NCBI GenBank assembly: GCA_021613535.1
Contig: CP075494.1
Span: 62,001 to 126,000 of the forward strand
Reading direction: 5' to 3'
DNA length: 64,000 nt
From: Adineta vaga
Lineage: Eukaryota; Animalia; Rotifera
The notes under the pieces were generated by a model, which saw nothing but the letters and a program-made list of their open reading frames with translations, was not told the origin of the DNA and made no database searches. Within the stretch, counting starts at the first letter, position 1. Every line of letters begins with the position of its first letter. Below are positions 23,701-37,500 of this stretch, in pieces. Both the position numbers and the translations under genes were made by a program.

Positions 23701-25601
23701 CCACCAGGTTTAGTTTCAGCTTGTTCTACAATGCATTCTGTTTTATTTTCAACATTGGAATGTTTCTATTCAAATTATGATTGTCTTACGATTTTTTTAA
23801 AATATATGTTTGAACGAATTCCTAATGAAGATCATTTTGTATGGGAATCACAAATTCGTCCGTTTATTTACAATTCATCAATACATCGTTTTCCTCCAAA
23901 TATTTCAGTAGCAATGATTGTTAGAAATATAATGATTGAAGATTGGAATGCATCGATATTCTACAATCGTTTTTATCAATCATGTTCACCAATGTATTGT
24001 ACTTATCAACAAAAACGTCGTGTAAAAACAAATATCGAGGTATTAATAACATTTGTATCGATGATTGGAGGTTTGACTGTTTCCATACATCTAATTACAC
24101 CTCATTTTGTTCACATTATCTTTTATTTATTTGAATTAATCAACAAAAAACAACAACAACAAGGTAATTATCTTCTAGATATCTATATTGAAACTAGATT
24201 GTATTTTTGTATATAGTTCATCTAAAATATTTCGATCGATTGAAATTATTTATTCGAAATTTGGTTACGCTATTGTATGAGATTGCAAGTAATCTGAACA
24301 TATTTTCTCGACGAGATTTCAATAGCATTCTTGATCAAACAACAGCAAAATATTTTGGTCGATGGGCAACTCGTCTTTATATTATTTTATTAATTATTGG
24401 TATTATTATTCTTGCTCTTTTCACTTTTATTCAACCTCAAACATTAACAAAAACGTTTGATAAACCATCTATTGATACATATAATAATCTCATACAGATT
24501 TATGGAAATAAATTAGAATGTTCTTGTTCATTTGTTGCATCTGAATATAATAAATTCATTGAAATTCAACCCATATTTCATGAAGTAAGAAATACTTATT
24601 CTAAAAAAATAACAAAAATAAACTTAAAATCAAAATAGGTTTGTTCAAGTCCATTTATATCTGATGAATGGCGAATTAATATTACATTAAATCTTGTTCC
24701 AGATTTATCTGCCTATGAACAAAAAGATTATCGTCGTTTTCTTTCTGCTCATTTACAATTTCTTCAAGGCTTATGTCGTCTTTCTATACAATCAGTTAAT
24801 GATTCAATTAATCAAACATTTCATTCATTATTTGTTACTTCACAACTTCTTTCGAAAAAGATTTTTCAAATTCGTATTGATTCATTAATTGAACGTAGTA
24901 AACCAGATGCTGCTCGAATTTTTTCTAATCTTTTCTTTTTAATTCGAAGTATTAATCATGGAAATAGTATCGTATCAACATATGGAACAAATTTTGAATA
25001 TATTGTACCTTGGACAAATTTTGAAGGAACTTATGTACCTACTCAAGCAGTAGTCTATGATAATCAATGTTCTTGTTCTTTACAACCAAATTGTACTACT
25101 CCAGCTAGTTTTATTATGAAAAATTCGACTGAAATCATTTTCATTGAAGGTTTAAAAATGGGTTGTACACCAAGTGAATCATTTCTTGCTTCAAATCTTG
25201 AATGTTTTTATAATCTATCATGTATTCATCTTCTTCATCAATATACTAATTCAACATATTCTTCTATTTATTTATCTACTACAATGAAACGGTCATCAAT
25301 CAATACAACGATAAATGAACTTATTAATAATCTATTTGTTGATGAATGGATAACAAAAATGGATTATTTATCTTATTTTGAACAATGTTCACCTTTATTA
25401 TGTTCTTATACGTACATTCAACAATTTAATCTATTATATACAATAACTGTTCTATTTGGTCTTCAAGGTGGTCTTACAATTGTTCTCAAATGGATATGTC
25501 CTCTATTAGTTTCAATTATAGCCAAAATATATCAACATCAAACTAGACGAACAAACATCATTCAACCTAAATCTTCTCAAGAAATATTGACAATTAATTG
25601 A
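20708..25601 (+). CDS. Large multi-exon membrane protein with three repeated Cys-rich extracellular modules, uncharacterised
   Basis: About 9 exons; recurring TRxY-TM-CxC-CSSxF-LECFY-CSPxxCxY-GGL module three times. Confidence 0.75.
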
Positions 25602-25731
25602 ACGACTACTGTTTTTATGTGAAATAATTAAAAGACAAAATATTTCTTCAATATCAAAAAAGTACAAAACTGATATTGATATTGTTGTTGTTATATAAAG
25701 TGATTTTAATAAAGATGAAAAAACATTGATA

Positions 25732-26975
25732 TTAGGTTGTCAACAAAGTTCTGTCGTTTTTTTCTAAAATCTTGTAGAACAACCAAGAAAGTTCTAGAAG
25801 TTTCCATACTAAGGGTATATATATAGAACATGAATGTCTTTTGAATGATAAAAAAAAATCGTTGATACGGACGTTGATGTCGAGTCAAAGATGAATCTTT
25901 CTCATAGAGAGGTTCGAGTGCTTTTACTTCATGAATTTCGTTTGGGGCACAAAGCAACGGAAGCAGCCAGCAACATATGCGGCACGATGGGTCAGGGTCT
26001 AGTCTCCACTCGTACCGCGCAACGTTGGTTCAATCATTTCAAGAATGGCGATTTAGAACTCGACGACTTACCTCGATCTGGTAGACCAATGGAAGTGGAT
26101 GTGGACTTTTTAAAGCAGCTTATCGAAGAAGATCCTCGACTGACTTTACGGTGTTTAGCAGAGCAGCTCGGGTGCTCTCATACTACGGTGGAAAAACATC
26201 TGAACGAATTAGGCAAGACCTGGAAATATGGGGTATGGATACCTCATGAATTATCGGCACATCAGCTGCAACAGAGAGTTGATGCATGTATGGATTTAAT
26301 CACATCTCACCGCAACTACCAATGGTTATCCAATCTGATTACTGGTGATGAGAAGTGGGTGTTGTATGTTAACTACACGCGTCGACATCAGTGGCTGAGC
26401 GCTGGTCAAACCGGCGTAGCAACACCGAAGGCTGATCTCCATCCCAAGAAATTGATGCTGAGCGTCTGGTAGGGTATCAAAGGAGTTATCCACTGGGAAG
26501 TTCTACCAAATGGTTACACCATCACTGCTGATCTGTACTGTCAACAATTGGATCGGGTTGCAGAAAAGCTCAAGGGAAAGCAGGATCGAGTTTATTTTTT
26601 ACATGACAACGCTAGACCACATGTAGCAAAGTCGACCCGTGAAAAATTATTGAAGCTCGGCTGGATTACCATTCCTCATCCACCTTATTCCCCTGACTTG
26701 GCTCCAACAGACTACCATTTGTTTCGATCTCTTTCGAATGATTTACGTGATAAAAAGTTCGACGACGAAAGCGATGTCAAAACGGAGCTTGTCAAGTTCT
26801 TTGATGAAAAATCCCAGGACTTCTACGAGCGCGGGATCATGTCTCTGCCAGAGCGTTGGCAACAAGTGTTAGATAGTAATGGTAAATATATATCTGAAAA
26901 CTAGTTGTACTTTTGGAGTGAAAAAACAAAAATAAAATTTTTGAAAAAAACCCCAAAACTTTGTTGACAACCTAA
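25732..26975 (+). mobile_element. Full-length mariner (DD34D) element
   Basis: TIRs ttaggttgtcaacaaag / ctttgttgacaacctaa, TA TSD. Confidence 0.95.
25891..26904 (+). pseudogene. Mariner transposase with one in-frame TAG (26470-26472)
   Basis: WIPHEL, TGDEKW, HDNARPH, YSPDLAPTDYHLF; SVW* where SVWW is expected. Confidence 0.92.
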
Positions 26976-27134
26976 TATTAATATTAATAAAAAGCAATAT
27001 TTTGGTTCAGTTATTGGTTTGATTATCTTGATTTTTTTTGCACAATAAAATCACAATCGAGTAGAGGTTTTTATTTACACGCATGTATAGTAATATGGTG
27101 ACTGAAATACGAGAAGGAAAAGAAATAAAACAAA

Positions 27135-27960
27135 TTAAATGAAAGGTAAAGTGAATGTTTTATTTGTCGAACTTACAGACAATAGATCTTGATTAAAAGT
27201 TGTTGATTGTCGTCGCATGTTTTGATTGATTGGAAGACCTCGATGCTTAGTTTCGATCGAATTTTCTTTTTTGTTATTGATCAGTGACATTGGGTATAAA
27301 TAGTCTTGTTCATGTGCTTCTTCTGTTTCTAAGTGTATCAACAATCATTATGTATAGAAACCAATCAGGAAAATGAAGCACCAAATGAATGACACAAAAT
27401 ACTCACTGATACATTGATCTGACTTCTTCTTATATCGTCGTCGTTGTTGATTTTTTCCACAGTAATCCATATTATAGGTGATAATAGTAAATGTCAAAAA
27501 TATAATTAGACAAACGAGTAGTATGATAAATAGAGTTAAAACAAGAATGTTGTATGGTGAATGAAAATCAAATGAAATTGTAGTTTGTATATGTTCTATT
27601 TGACGAGAAAGAGTAGTGAAAAAATCAGAACGACATTTCTTTTTCGAGTATTTATAAAGAAGTCTGCATTTTCTGTCGTCTTAAACATAAGATTATCAAA
27701 CTCAATACATACGAGGTAGCTGAGGTACCGTCCTCGTTGATGCTACAATATTATCACTAGTTGTATTTGAACACATTTTAATCATTTTAAGCGAATGTTT
27801 TTGCAATCGATTACATGGAATATATTTGTATCCTAGCCAACAATCTTGTGTATTATTTTTTTGTAGAAATGACACGGATTCATTTGAATAAATCGTTTCA
27901 TTGTTGCCATGAAACTTATTAAAGGAGCAATCCTCTTCAAAATAATATTTATAAAGTGAG
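27135..27960 (-). pseudogene. Decayed Terminon TM ORF
   Basis: NILVLTLFIILLVCLIIFLTFTII TM segment; upstream frame broken by stops. Confidence 0.45.
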
Positions 27961-28328
27961 TGAGAAATCTTTTTTTTCTGCCTATATTTACCTATGAAAT
28001 GTTAGAAATTATTGGACGTGTATGAAATAATTGATTTTTTTACCAAGATGAGTTGAACTGATGATAGTTAGTAGAAAGTTTTCGCTTCGTTGTCAAAGTT
28101 TTCTTGATACAAGTAATACATGTAAAACGGTTTTGACGATATAGAATTCAATGATTGATTGGAAAATATATTGACTATCAAAATGTTAGTTATGTCTAGA
28201 AGAGAGAAACAAATTTAATTTATGTTTTGAACTTTTACATCAATTCAAAAAAAAACCAAAAGAAAACTTTCATTGATAATCTTTTTTATCTCTATACATA
28301 ATACAATATTGCACAGATGTATGTACAT

Positions 28329-29766
28329 TCAGAAGAAAGGTTTATCATGTATATTAGAAGAAAAAAAATATGTTAAACTTCGACTGCGCTCTTCCATATT
28401 GGATAGACGAGCATCGACAATAGTGGACATGGTCGGAGGAAATGATGGTATTTTAGATGATTCATTTTGTTGCTTTTGATTTTCTGCATTGACTGTAATA
28501 GCATGTAGCATTGACAATGGATATTTTTTCTTTTGATGATGAATGACTTTTTGGCATGATTCGAATTTAGCTTGCCAAAGTTTCCTGGCAGTCAAGATCT
28601 AAAATATCATACAAGGAAAAAGAATAAAGTAAAATAAAATCTATGTAATAAATGAATAGAAACCTGTTGTGATGTTGGATTTAAATCATAGAATGATTTG
28701 ACAAATTGTGCATCATTAATATCAAACATGAATAAGATTTTCTTTTGTTCAAAGCTCATACGAAAATAATGTAGATCTTTTTTTACTAGATGCGTGAGAG
28801 CATTGGAAATAATATTTATGGGATGGTGTGGAGGCGCTTTTCTTTTCGTTTGACAAAATAATGGGTCTAGTTCGTGATATAAATGATTATTTAAATTATG
28901 TTCAGCTTGTTCCAGTTTATTTTGAACTATTTGTTGACATCGTGGAATATTTTGTTGCGTTACTGTATAATCCCAATTGATAGAATTTTGTCTAAGAACA
29001 TCTTTAGAAATTTTTGATAACCAAATTATAATATGCATGTCTGCCATGTTGTTAATATAATTCCAATAATCATTTTCAATTCTCAGTTGGTAAACTTTAC
29101 ACATTAATTGGGCACGTTGCTGCATCAGTTGTAATGTTGTAAAATTTGTAAATCGTTCTTGAATGATTTGGTTATCTCTAGGATGAATTATGTTCAGTAG
29201 TAAATCTTTAAATTGATAGGATGAAAGTTCGTAATAATTAGGTATTAGCATTGATGTTTGTTTCCCATGATCTGTAGATAAATTCTATTGTTGAAGACTA
29301 TTTCGATATGTTTTAGATGATGGTGGCGAAGTCCAACTTCCTGTTGATATTGTTGGGATCACAATCGATGATTGATTAGTTGATACAATTTGTATGTTTT
29401 CTTTCTTAGATTGATATTGACAAAAATGATCCTAAATATATTAGAAAATACGGTCTTACTTTATTTTGCAACTTATAATGATTAAACCTGATAGTTTTCA
29501 AGTAATAATGAAGGTACTTTGTTGATATCATTTTGACTACGGTCAGTACAACAACTATTTCTACTAATCGAATCTAGTTTTCCACTGTTTTGATAAGTTG
29601 AATGAGATATTTTAGACGTTTCCACTAACTTTTCAATTGCTTCATTAGTCATTCCTTTTGAACGACATTTTTTCCTCAGTCGTTGTAATCTTCGATTATC
29701 ACGACATTTTTTTCTTCTTGAACTTTGTTGTGTTAATTGTTTCGATTGATGGATATCTTTTGTCAT
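28329..29766 (-). CDS. Terminon coiled-coil ORF1-type protein, spliced and possibly disrupted
   Basis: Basic RRKKCRDNRRLQRLRKKCR N-terminus, helical Q-rich body, intron after NPTSQQ as in paralogues. Confidence 0.65.
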
Positions 29767-30385
29767 TTGTGTATAGTATAGTAGTTATAAATCAACAGAT
29801 TTATAAGTCTTTTTTGTTATCTAGAAAAGAAAACAATAATAAATCAAGTTTAATTCAATGAAATAGACTGTTTAATGAGTGTGTATAACAATACGTAAAT
29901 CTTACATTCTACAGTAGAAAACAAACATTAATAAAGTAATAAAAGATGTGGCAAATTTCTAAGACTGTTTCATAAAGTATTTTTCAAAAAACAATGTACT
30001 ATATATTGATTATGACAGAAAATTTAATTTATAATTACATAGTCACAATGTACGGCTAATTAGAACAAGGTTACATTTACAAACACAATAGTCATAATCA
30101 CATAAACAGAGTCTTTTCTGTAACGTTTATTATTTTATTTTAATTTTATTTTAAGTATATCTTTTAAAGTAATTGATTGTTATCACCAGAAGAGTTTCCG
30201 AATGTTCAAGATTGATTCATAATTTTCATCTAATATAAATAAATAGGTACAAAATATGTTGTCAAGAAAATTCTTAAATGTCATTCTAACCTCTCAGTAC
30301 TTACTTTAATGTCTGGCATCGTATCGTCATTATGATGATTGAAATCTATGTTTTGGAGTTCTTCGTCGGTTGAATTACAATCTAG

Positions 30386-30889
30386 TCAATTAGTTTGTAT
30401 TAAATCAATATTAAATATTGAATGTATTAATGTTATCAATGAATAACTGTACGTACCACAGAATGTTTGCTCAGTACGATAATGTTTTTTGATTAATGTG
30501 ATGCTAATGACTACAATAATACTGGTCAATAAAAAAATTGAGAACAGTAGCGTGAGAATAGTGAAGAAGGATGATGGATTAATTGTCCCAAAATAATTAT
30601 TACATTTTAACAGAGAATTAGAATCATTATTAAGTATCGTGGTCTTTGGTGTAGTAAATGGATTAACTTGAGAATATTTCAATGTCTCATGAAAATAAAT
30701 GTATGGTACATGTATTATGCAATCCATCTTTTTGTCTTTTACCATCATCAAAACTAAATGTATTGTCTTACAAATCCAATGTAATTTAGCTTGTGTATCC
30801 ACATCTTCACTTAATTCGTGTATGTAAACTATTTGGTGATCGCATATCTTGTGTAGCGCTTCACATGGTGATATTGGAAATGTTTCCAT
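30386..30889 (-). CDS. Terminon accessory single-pass membrane protein (main exon)
   Basis: TM helix; homologue of 17966-18451. Confidence 0.65.
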   Translation of the reverse strand: METFPISPCEALHKICDHQIVYIHELSEDVDTQAKLHWICKTIHLVLMMVKDKKMDCIIHVPYIYFHETLKYSQVNPFTTPKTTILNNDSNSLLKCNNYFGTINPSSFFTILTLLFSIFLLTSIIVVISITLIKKHYRTEQTFCGTYSYSLITLIHSIFNIDLIQTN

Positions 30890-33474
30890 AGTCTAAAATT
30901 GACAATTGAAAATATCACCTAATTTAATATATATCTGAAAGAGAAGATTTTACAAATACAAAATAAATATTCAAATGTAAATAAATTAATCTGAAATTAA
31001 TTTTTAGAAAAAAGTATATTTTATTAATAGTGAGTGTAAGAACAGACAGGTGTAGTTTACATCTTTCTCTTCAAGATTTTATGTATCTAATAATACTTTT
31101 AGAGAACTTTACATAGTCATCAAAAAATTAAAGTGAAAAACTGTGTGAATATTTTCTTATCGTTCACTATTTTTAATGAGATGCTGATAATGGACTGGAT
31201 AATTTGTTGGAACTAGAAATAATATGTAGTTAATCTTGATCCATTTAATATTTTTTCGACTGTTTAGGAAAATCAGTCATACTTGCCGCACCATTTGAAA
31301 TTGGCTGATATATTTTACACTGATATTTTACTTTACTTTACTTGAAATAGTGGTATCTTCTCCAGTCGAACTACAAGTTAGATATTTTAGTTTTCTTCTC
31401 TATTGTTCACTGTATGTTGGTCGAATAACAATGAACATTTCAATTCCATGTGCAAATATATTTGGATAATGATTTTTATTTTGATGCGGATCATAAAAAT
31501 TATGTATTGTAGTTGTTGCGAGAGTTGTCAATCATAAACAAGGTTATTTCGGTACTTATATATATGTATATGTTCAAGTAACTTACTTGTTCAAGAAATT
31601 GTATTGATGGCTGATAAATTGTATGATTAATTAAGTTATGTTTATATCTAGAATATATTAAGATATAATTAAATGTAAGTGTAACGTATTTAAAAAAACA
31701 TGATGAGAATTTGAGATGTTTATCCTATACACTAGTAGTAAAAGAGGAAGACGAAGAAGAAGAAGAATAATAATAATATAAAGTGAAACAGATGCGAATT
31801 ACAATGAAATTTTAACCAAAACAAATGAGCTAATCAAAGATATACTAGCTAAGACTAAAGATTTTAAGAACAATTAAATCGATGTAGAAATTTGCTGAGT
31901 TATTTTCGGTCAGGTTTGTTTTCAAGAGACATATTCTTGATGCATTTCGATAGTAATGATATGTTAGGTAATGAAATCGATGGATCGAATTCTGGTAACT
32001 TGAATGTGACCGCTTGATGTTGTTGTATTTGATTGGCATGTTGTGCGGCTAATACCGATGTTCTTGGTAATGTTGCATTTGCAGTTTATGTTATAATTAA
32101 TGTTGAACTTAAATGTTGTGTATTTTCTATTGGAGATATCACCCTGTCATCTGTATCCATCATTTCTAATGGCTCACTCTTATCTAGTTAGAAATTAAAA
32201 TATACGTCATTTTCACGATACCTATCAGTGAAGATTTCTTACTGTTACTTGAATTCATTTTGTTAGGAGCAGACGTTGAATTACTATATGACGCCATTTG
32301 GAAGCAAGAGTAAGTTGAAAAAGATGATTAAAAGAAATAAAATTAGTATGAATTTAGATCTGAAATGAAACAAAATTAGATTAGTTTATGAGTTATATCT
32401 CTTTCATTCTCTTGGTTAACATAAAAGTTTATTCAAACGAAGCTATTACAATAACAATAATAAATAACATAAATACGTGAAATAATAGATAATTTACAAT
32501 AAGTTAGTTTCATCAATTCAAAGATTGATGAACAGAATAGATCAACATGGATGTAGTTTTCTAATATAATAAAATCCATGAAGTAGAATCATGTTCTGCA
32601 TTATTTGTATTCCTCTGATTTCGTTTTTGATATAGTGAATTGATTTGATTGACTTTTTTGTTGTAACTCCTTTGTCAAATCTTTGTCTTCTTCATGTGTT
32701 AGTGATACATCTTTTTGCAAAGTTGTATCTTTAGCATTACTATAATTAAATACATAGTGTTCGACCTACAAATAATGACATAAATGGAAGGAGAGTACAA
32801 ATATCAGCTTGTCTATTTGTTGATTTAAAATATGACGTATTTTACCTCACGACGATCAAGTGCAACGTAGCATCGCAAAAAATCAATTGAAGTTTCATTT
32901 GTAACGATGTCTGTAACTTGTTGATTATTAGTTAATTCTTTCTGGTCGTTTCCAATAGTTCTTTTCGTAATGTCACTGATTGATAATGGATCAGACAGCT
33001 GACAAGAAATGAAAGATATTTCGAACATACGTTAGCTTTGTTTTTTTCTCTATTTACCGGCTCGATTTGTTGTTGTTGTTGTTGTTGTTCTTTTTCTTGA
33101 TTGTCATCATCTGAAACAAAAAAGAGAGTTTTAGTTATTTTATTCAAGAATTAAATATGTCATAATCCTGATTACTTTTGTCTTGGTATGTTGTTCTTGT
33201 AACAGACATTGGTTTATTGAAACGTAAAAAAAGATATATTCGAGATGATATCTACAAATACAAGAAATGACTAAAGAACGGCACCACAATTACGAATAAA
33301 TATTCTAATATTCTGTTTTTTTTCTTCACAAAATATATCAACGAAACACAAATACACACAAATAGAGCATTATTATTCGAAATATCTTCAATGTTCCATA
33401 TTGTGGTTGTTATATCTAAAACGGATCCAAGAGTTAGGTTCATATCATTATGCACATATGTCTTACGATTTAAA

Positions 33475-34302
33475 TCATTTTTTTTGATTGTATATAACAA
33501 GCTGTTCTTTGGTCCAGTTATAAACAACTAACATTCGTAGTTTGGTAACAGCTAGGCAATCACTAGCAGCATATCGAATTAATTCATTGCAAATTTTTTG
33601 TCCTATTGGATTTGTGCTCATTAATCGTCGACCCCATTGACTTTTAGTCCGACTCTTATCTAGGAATTCGCAAAATGTATAAGCAGTTGCTTTCTGAAGT
33701 GACCATTGATTGTTTTTATGTTTTACTGGTCGATGTGCACATGAACATAGACTATGATCATCTTCATACAAATCAAGACCACAATTATGAACAAAAATAT
33801 TATTATACCATATTCTGAAGGCACTTTGTATATTCATGGTATTCATTTGATTAAGAAGTGCCGAAGAAAATAGATCATAATCTAAAAAGTGGCTTAATTC
33901 CTCCACAACATCACCCCACGAGTAGATAATATTCGATGAATTGAAAATATTTTTAAGAAGTGATTTGATTAACCAAAAGTTAACAGTTGATGTTTGTGGT
34001 AAATGGCATGTTTCAATTAGAAGAATAGTTGATTGTCTTTGTTCAATGAATTCAATTTGAATTAATGCTGCTTCATGTGTATAATAATCATGTTCGGTAT
34101 CGATCGTATATTCCGTTGTTTTCCTTGATAATTCAATAAGATGATGTAATAATGACGGGTCAGTTGTATAATTGATACAACAGACTCGCCAATCATTGAG
34201 TGGAGTGAATTCTGGTAAAATACTTAATTGTTTATTTAAAAGTCGTTTTCGTTCATTCTTTGATAAGTTTGAATTTGATTGTAACATAATATTTCTGTGC
34301 AA
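33475..34302 (-). CDS. DEDDy 3'-5' exonuclease (Terminon-encoded); true start may be in an upstream exon
   Basis: ExoI IDTE, YSWGD...E, ExoIII YAASD; HNC...CSCAH insert. Confidence 0.8.
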   Translation of the reverse strand: MHRNIMLQSNSNLSKNERKRLLNKQLSILPEFTPLNDWRVCCINYTTDPSLLHHLIELSRKTTEYTIDTEHDYYTHEAALIQIEFIEQRQSTILLIETCHLPQTSTVNFWLIKSLLKNIFNSSNIIYSWGDVVEELSHFLDYDLFSSALLNQMNTMNIQSAFRIWYNNIFVHNCGLDLYEDDHSLCSCAHRPVKHKNNQWSLQKATAYTFCEFLDKSRTKSQWGRRLMSTNPIGQKICNELIRYAASDCLAVTKLRMLVVYNWTKEQLVIYNQKK

Positions 34303-34536
34303 CAGACTTAAAATGATTTCAATGATGAACTACTCGATTATTTGAATGCTTGACTTGAAATGTATCTAAAACAAGAAATCGAATATAAAGTATAAGAGAA
34401 AAAATGATAGAAAGAAAACATGTATAGGTTAAATGATGTGATTTATTCATAATCAATTTCAATCATGTATTATAGGGATACATCTCAAGGGATTGTTAAG
34501 GACAAATATAATGTCACATATTGAAAAATGTCTTTT

Positions 34537-37500
34537 TCAAGATGATAGTAAAGCATTGAGGGAATAAATGTGTTTTGTTGTCAATAGAATCTTGCATTTT
34601 TCATTGGATAATTTTGAATGAGTTCCAAAATATCTTGACCATTCTTCACGAAAATATTGATTGAATTCACATCTTGGACCATAATCGTAGAAATAATTGA
34701 AGTGAATTACTTGATTGTTATCATCCAATTCTTGAAGCTTTTCCGAGCGTTGTTTTTGTAGCGTAAAAAAATCAAACCATTTTTGACGAAACGAATAATA
34801 ATTCGATTGATCTGAATGGTATCGTATTGATTGTCTTTGGAAATAATCGAAGAAATTTTGTATGTGACTTTCAACAAAGAAAAATGAATAACCATTGACC
34901 AGATAGGCAAGTTCAAGATATAAACGTTCGTGATGAAAATCTTCAACGGATGAACAGTAACAAACAGCTCGAAGAAGTGCAAATTGAAGCCAATTACTAT
35001 GTTGTAGTTTTGAATGACCAACAACATAAGGTAATATATAATGTAGTCCCATTGGATCATGATATACTTTTGTGTATAATTCACCTTTTCTGTTTTCGAT
35101 ATAAGCATCCATATTGTACATTTGATCCAATCGATATTTCAAAACTAACATTAGGTTGTTGTTTTTTTAGCGATTGTAGATACGAATAAAGCATATTAGA
35201 AGACTTATTCCATGTAAAAAAGATGTGATCTTTATGTCTAAAAGATAGTGAGTGTCATTGCGAATAATATACAAATAAATAGAAAGAATTGTACTGACCG
35301 TCCAAATAATTATTGATTGTATTCGAATTGATCTAATATAGGTTTTTGCCATTCAAATAAATAAATGTTAGCTAAGGTTTGACTTAATGACATTGTGTTT
35401 GGACTACCTTTCTTGATTATATAAAGTTTATTTTCATATGTAAAGAGATTTTGATAGAAAAATAATTGTAGAAGATTTTTAATTGTATTGATTGATATTT
35501 TATTGACTGTATTATTTGATGATTTATCTTTTAAGAAACCTATAATTGTTTCAATCATTGTTTCATGTTTATCCAATGAATAAAAATTAGTAATTTGAAT
35601 TGTACAAAAAAGAGTTGTTGGTTTTAAACGACGTTGATCATATGCGTAATACATCAATTTTTTCATAAAATCAGCTTCGTTAGTAAATATTAAATATTTC
35701 ATTTTTTCGTCCACAAATGGTCGGATCAATTTATCAACATATTCGGCAATATTTGATGTCATACTTTGACGTGCTACTATACTTGGTATCAGTGTCAATT
35801 CGTTGTCCTATTTACAAACGAAATAGGTTATATAAATGAGAAAGATTGGGATGAAAAGTGGCAAAGAAAAACGAACAATAAAAGATTACTGAAGAACGAC
35901 ACTTACTTTCGAAAGACTTATATTTAATTGAGCGATAAAAATATTGGAATGAGCAATAAAAATAGTTGAAATGAGCAATAATCAAATTTAGCAATAAATA
36001 TATTGAATGAGCAATATATATAATGAATGAGGGATAATTAGATGAAATGAGCAATAATTAATTTAAATAAAATAATGTGTGTATAAAAAGGGCAATAATA
36101 ATCTGTTCATTTAATACAAATGGCTCAATCGAAACGTGTAGCAGACTATATGTTTGATTCTGAAAATGACACGGAAATGCAACCTTCAAGTAATAATGAG
36201 GATGAGGGTGTAGTGTGGGTGTGAGGGCGAGGGTGGGTCTGAATATAACAAAGACACCCACATCCACAACTTGCACCTGTCCATCATTCATGAAAAACTA
36301 TGTTTGCAAGCACACCATTGGTATGTCCATTAGATTAAAATATTGCAGACCTCCACCTGAGGCAAAAAATGTAGAAATTGGTACAAAAAGGAAAAGAGGC
36401 AGACCATCGAAAGCAAAAAAAGCTTTATTGATTCAATGATTAGTTATATATATTCCATTTTTCTTTTTTTTCTTGCCAATTGTAAAGAAAAATAATTTAG
36501 TTTTTTTCTTTTTTGTTGCTCAAGTATGAAATTAATATTGTTACGTAGTAAACTATTTATTGTTCATTTAATATTATAAAATTGCTCATATAATGTTTTC
36601 TTATTGCTCGAAAGTTACTGCTAAATCATGTTTTAATTATTGCTCATTCCAATATTTTTATTGCTCAAATTAATACAAGCCCTTTCGAAATATTCGGCAA
36701 TAAATATAGATAAGGTAATTTAACTTCCTTTGAATCAATCAATAATTTTTTGATTACATCATTATTTAATGCTTTGTGTTTTCCCAACGTTTCCAATGCA
36801 AAATTGATTGCTTCAATTCTGCCATTCAATAAATATTGTGGATCTTGCAATTGTTGTTTTTCATCATCGTTGTCTTCATCTTCATTATTATTATGACCGA
36901 TAGTCAATATGAATTCATATTTATCATTAGATTTTGACATAAAATCGTTTCCTTTTGCTATGAAATCATTCTTATTTCCTATATAGAATATATTTCGATT
37001 ATCACCTGTTCGTCGCAGTATTAAATTGTTTGTTTTTTGAGAAGATCGTATCGATTGAATTAATTTCATTTCATCAATAGCACGTTGTTGAATATGAGGT
37101 GGAATTGAAATAGCAAAAAGATCAGTAAATTTTTGATAAAAATCTGAATGAATACGCCATGATAAAGCAATGTCAATACGATGTTTTGAAAAGAGACTAG
37201 CCATTTGATGTTTTAATGGTGCATATTGCTTTTTCACAATATCGGTGATAGTTGTCGTTGTTGATTTCGACGAAAATTTAAGTCGTGATTGACAAGGTGA
37301 AACATAAGTCGGTCCTCGACTAAGTAACTGCATTTGTTTTTTATTTAATCCATGTTCAGTACCATTAATTATATTTAATAAAAATACATCAACATTTGTA
37401 TCTTCTTCAGGTTCGATTTGTTTGGATATGTTTTTCAGATTATCATAAGAACTTCGAAGAAAATAATTCACCCGATAATAATGAATCTCTCGTAAGCGAT

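Noticed and set aside
26470-26472. Programmed readthrough of stops in the mariner and WWE-ART (56497) genes
   Set aside because: Single substitutions explain them; no recoding signal seen
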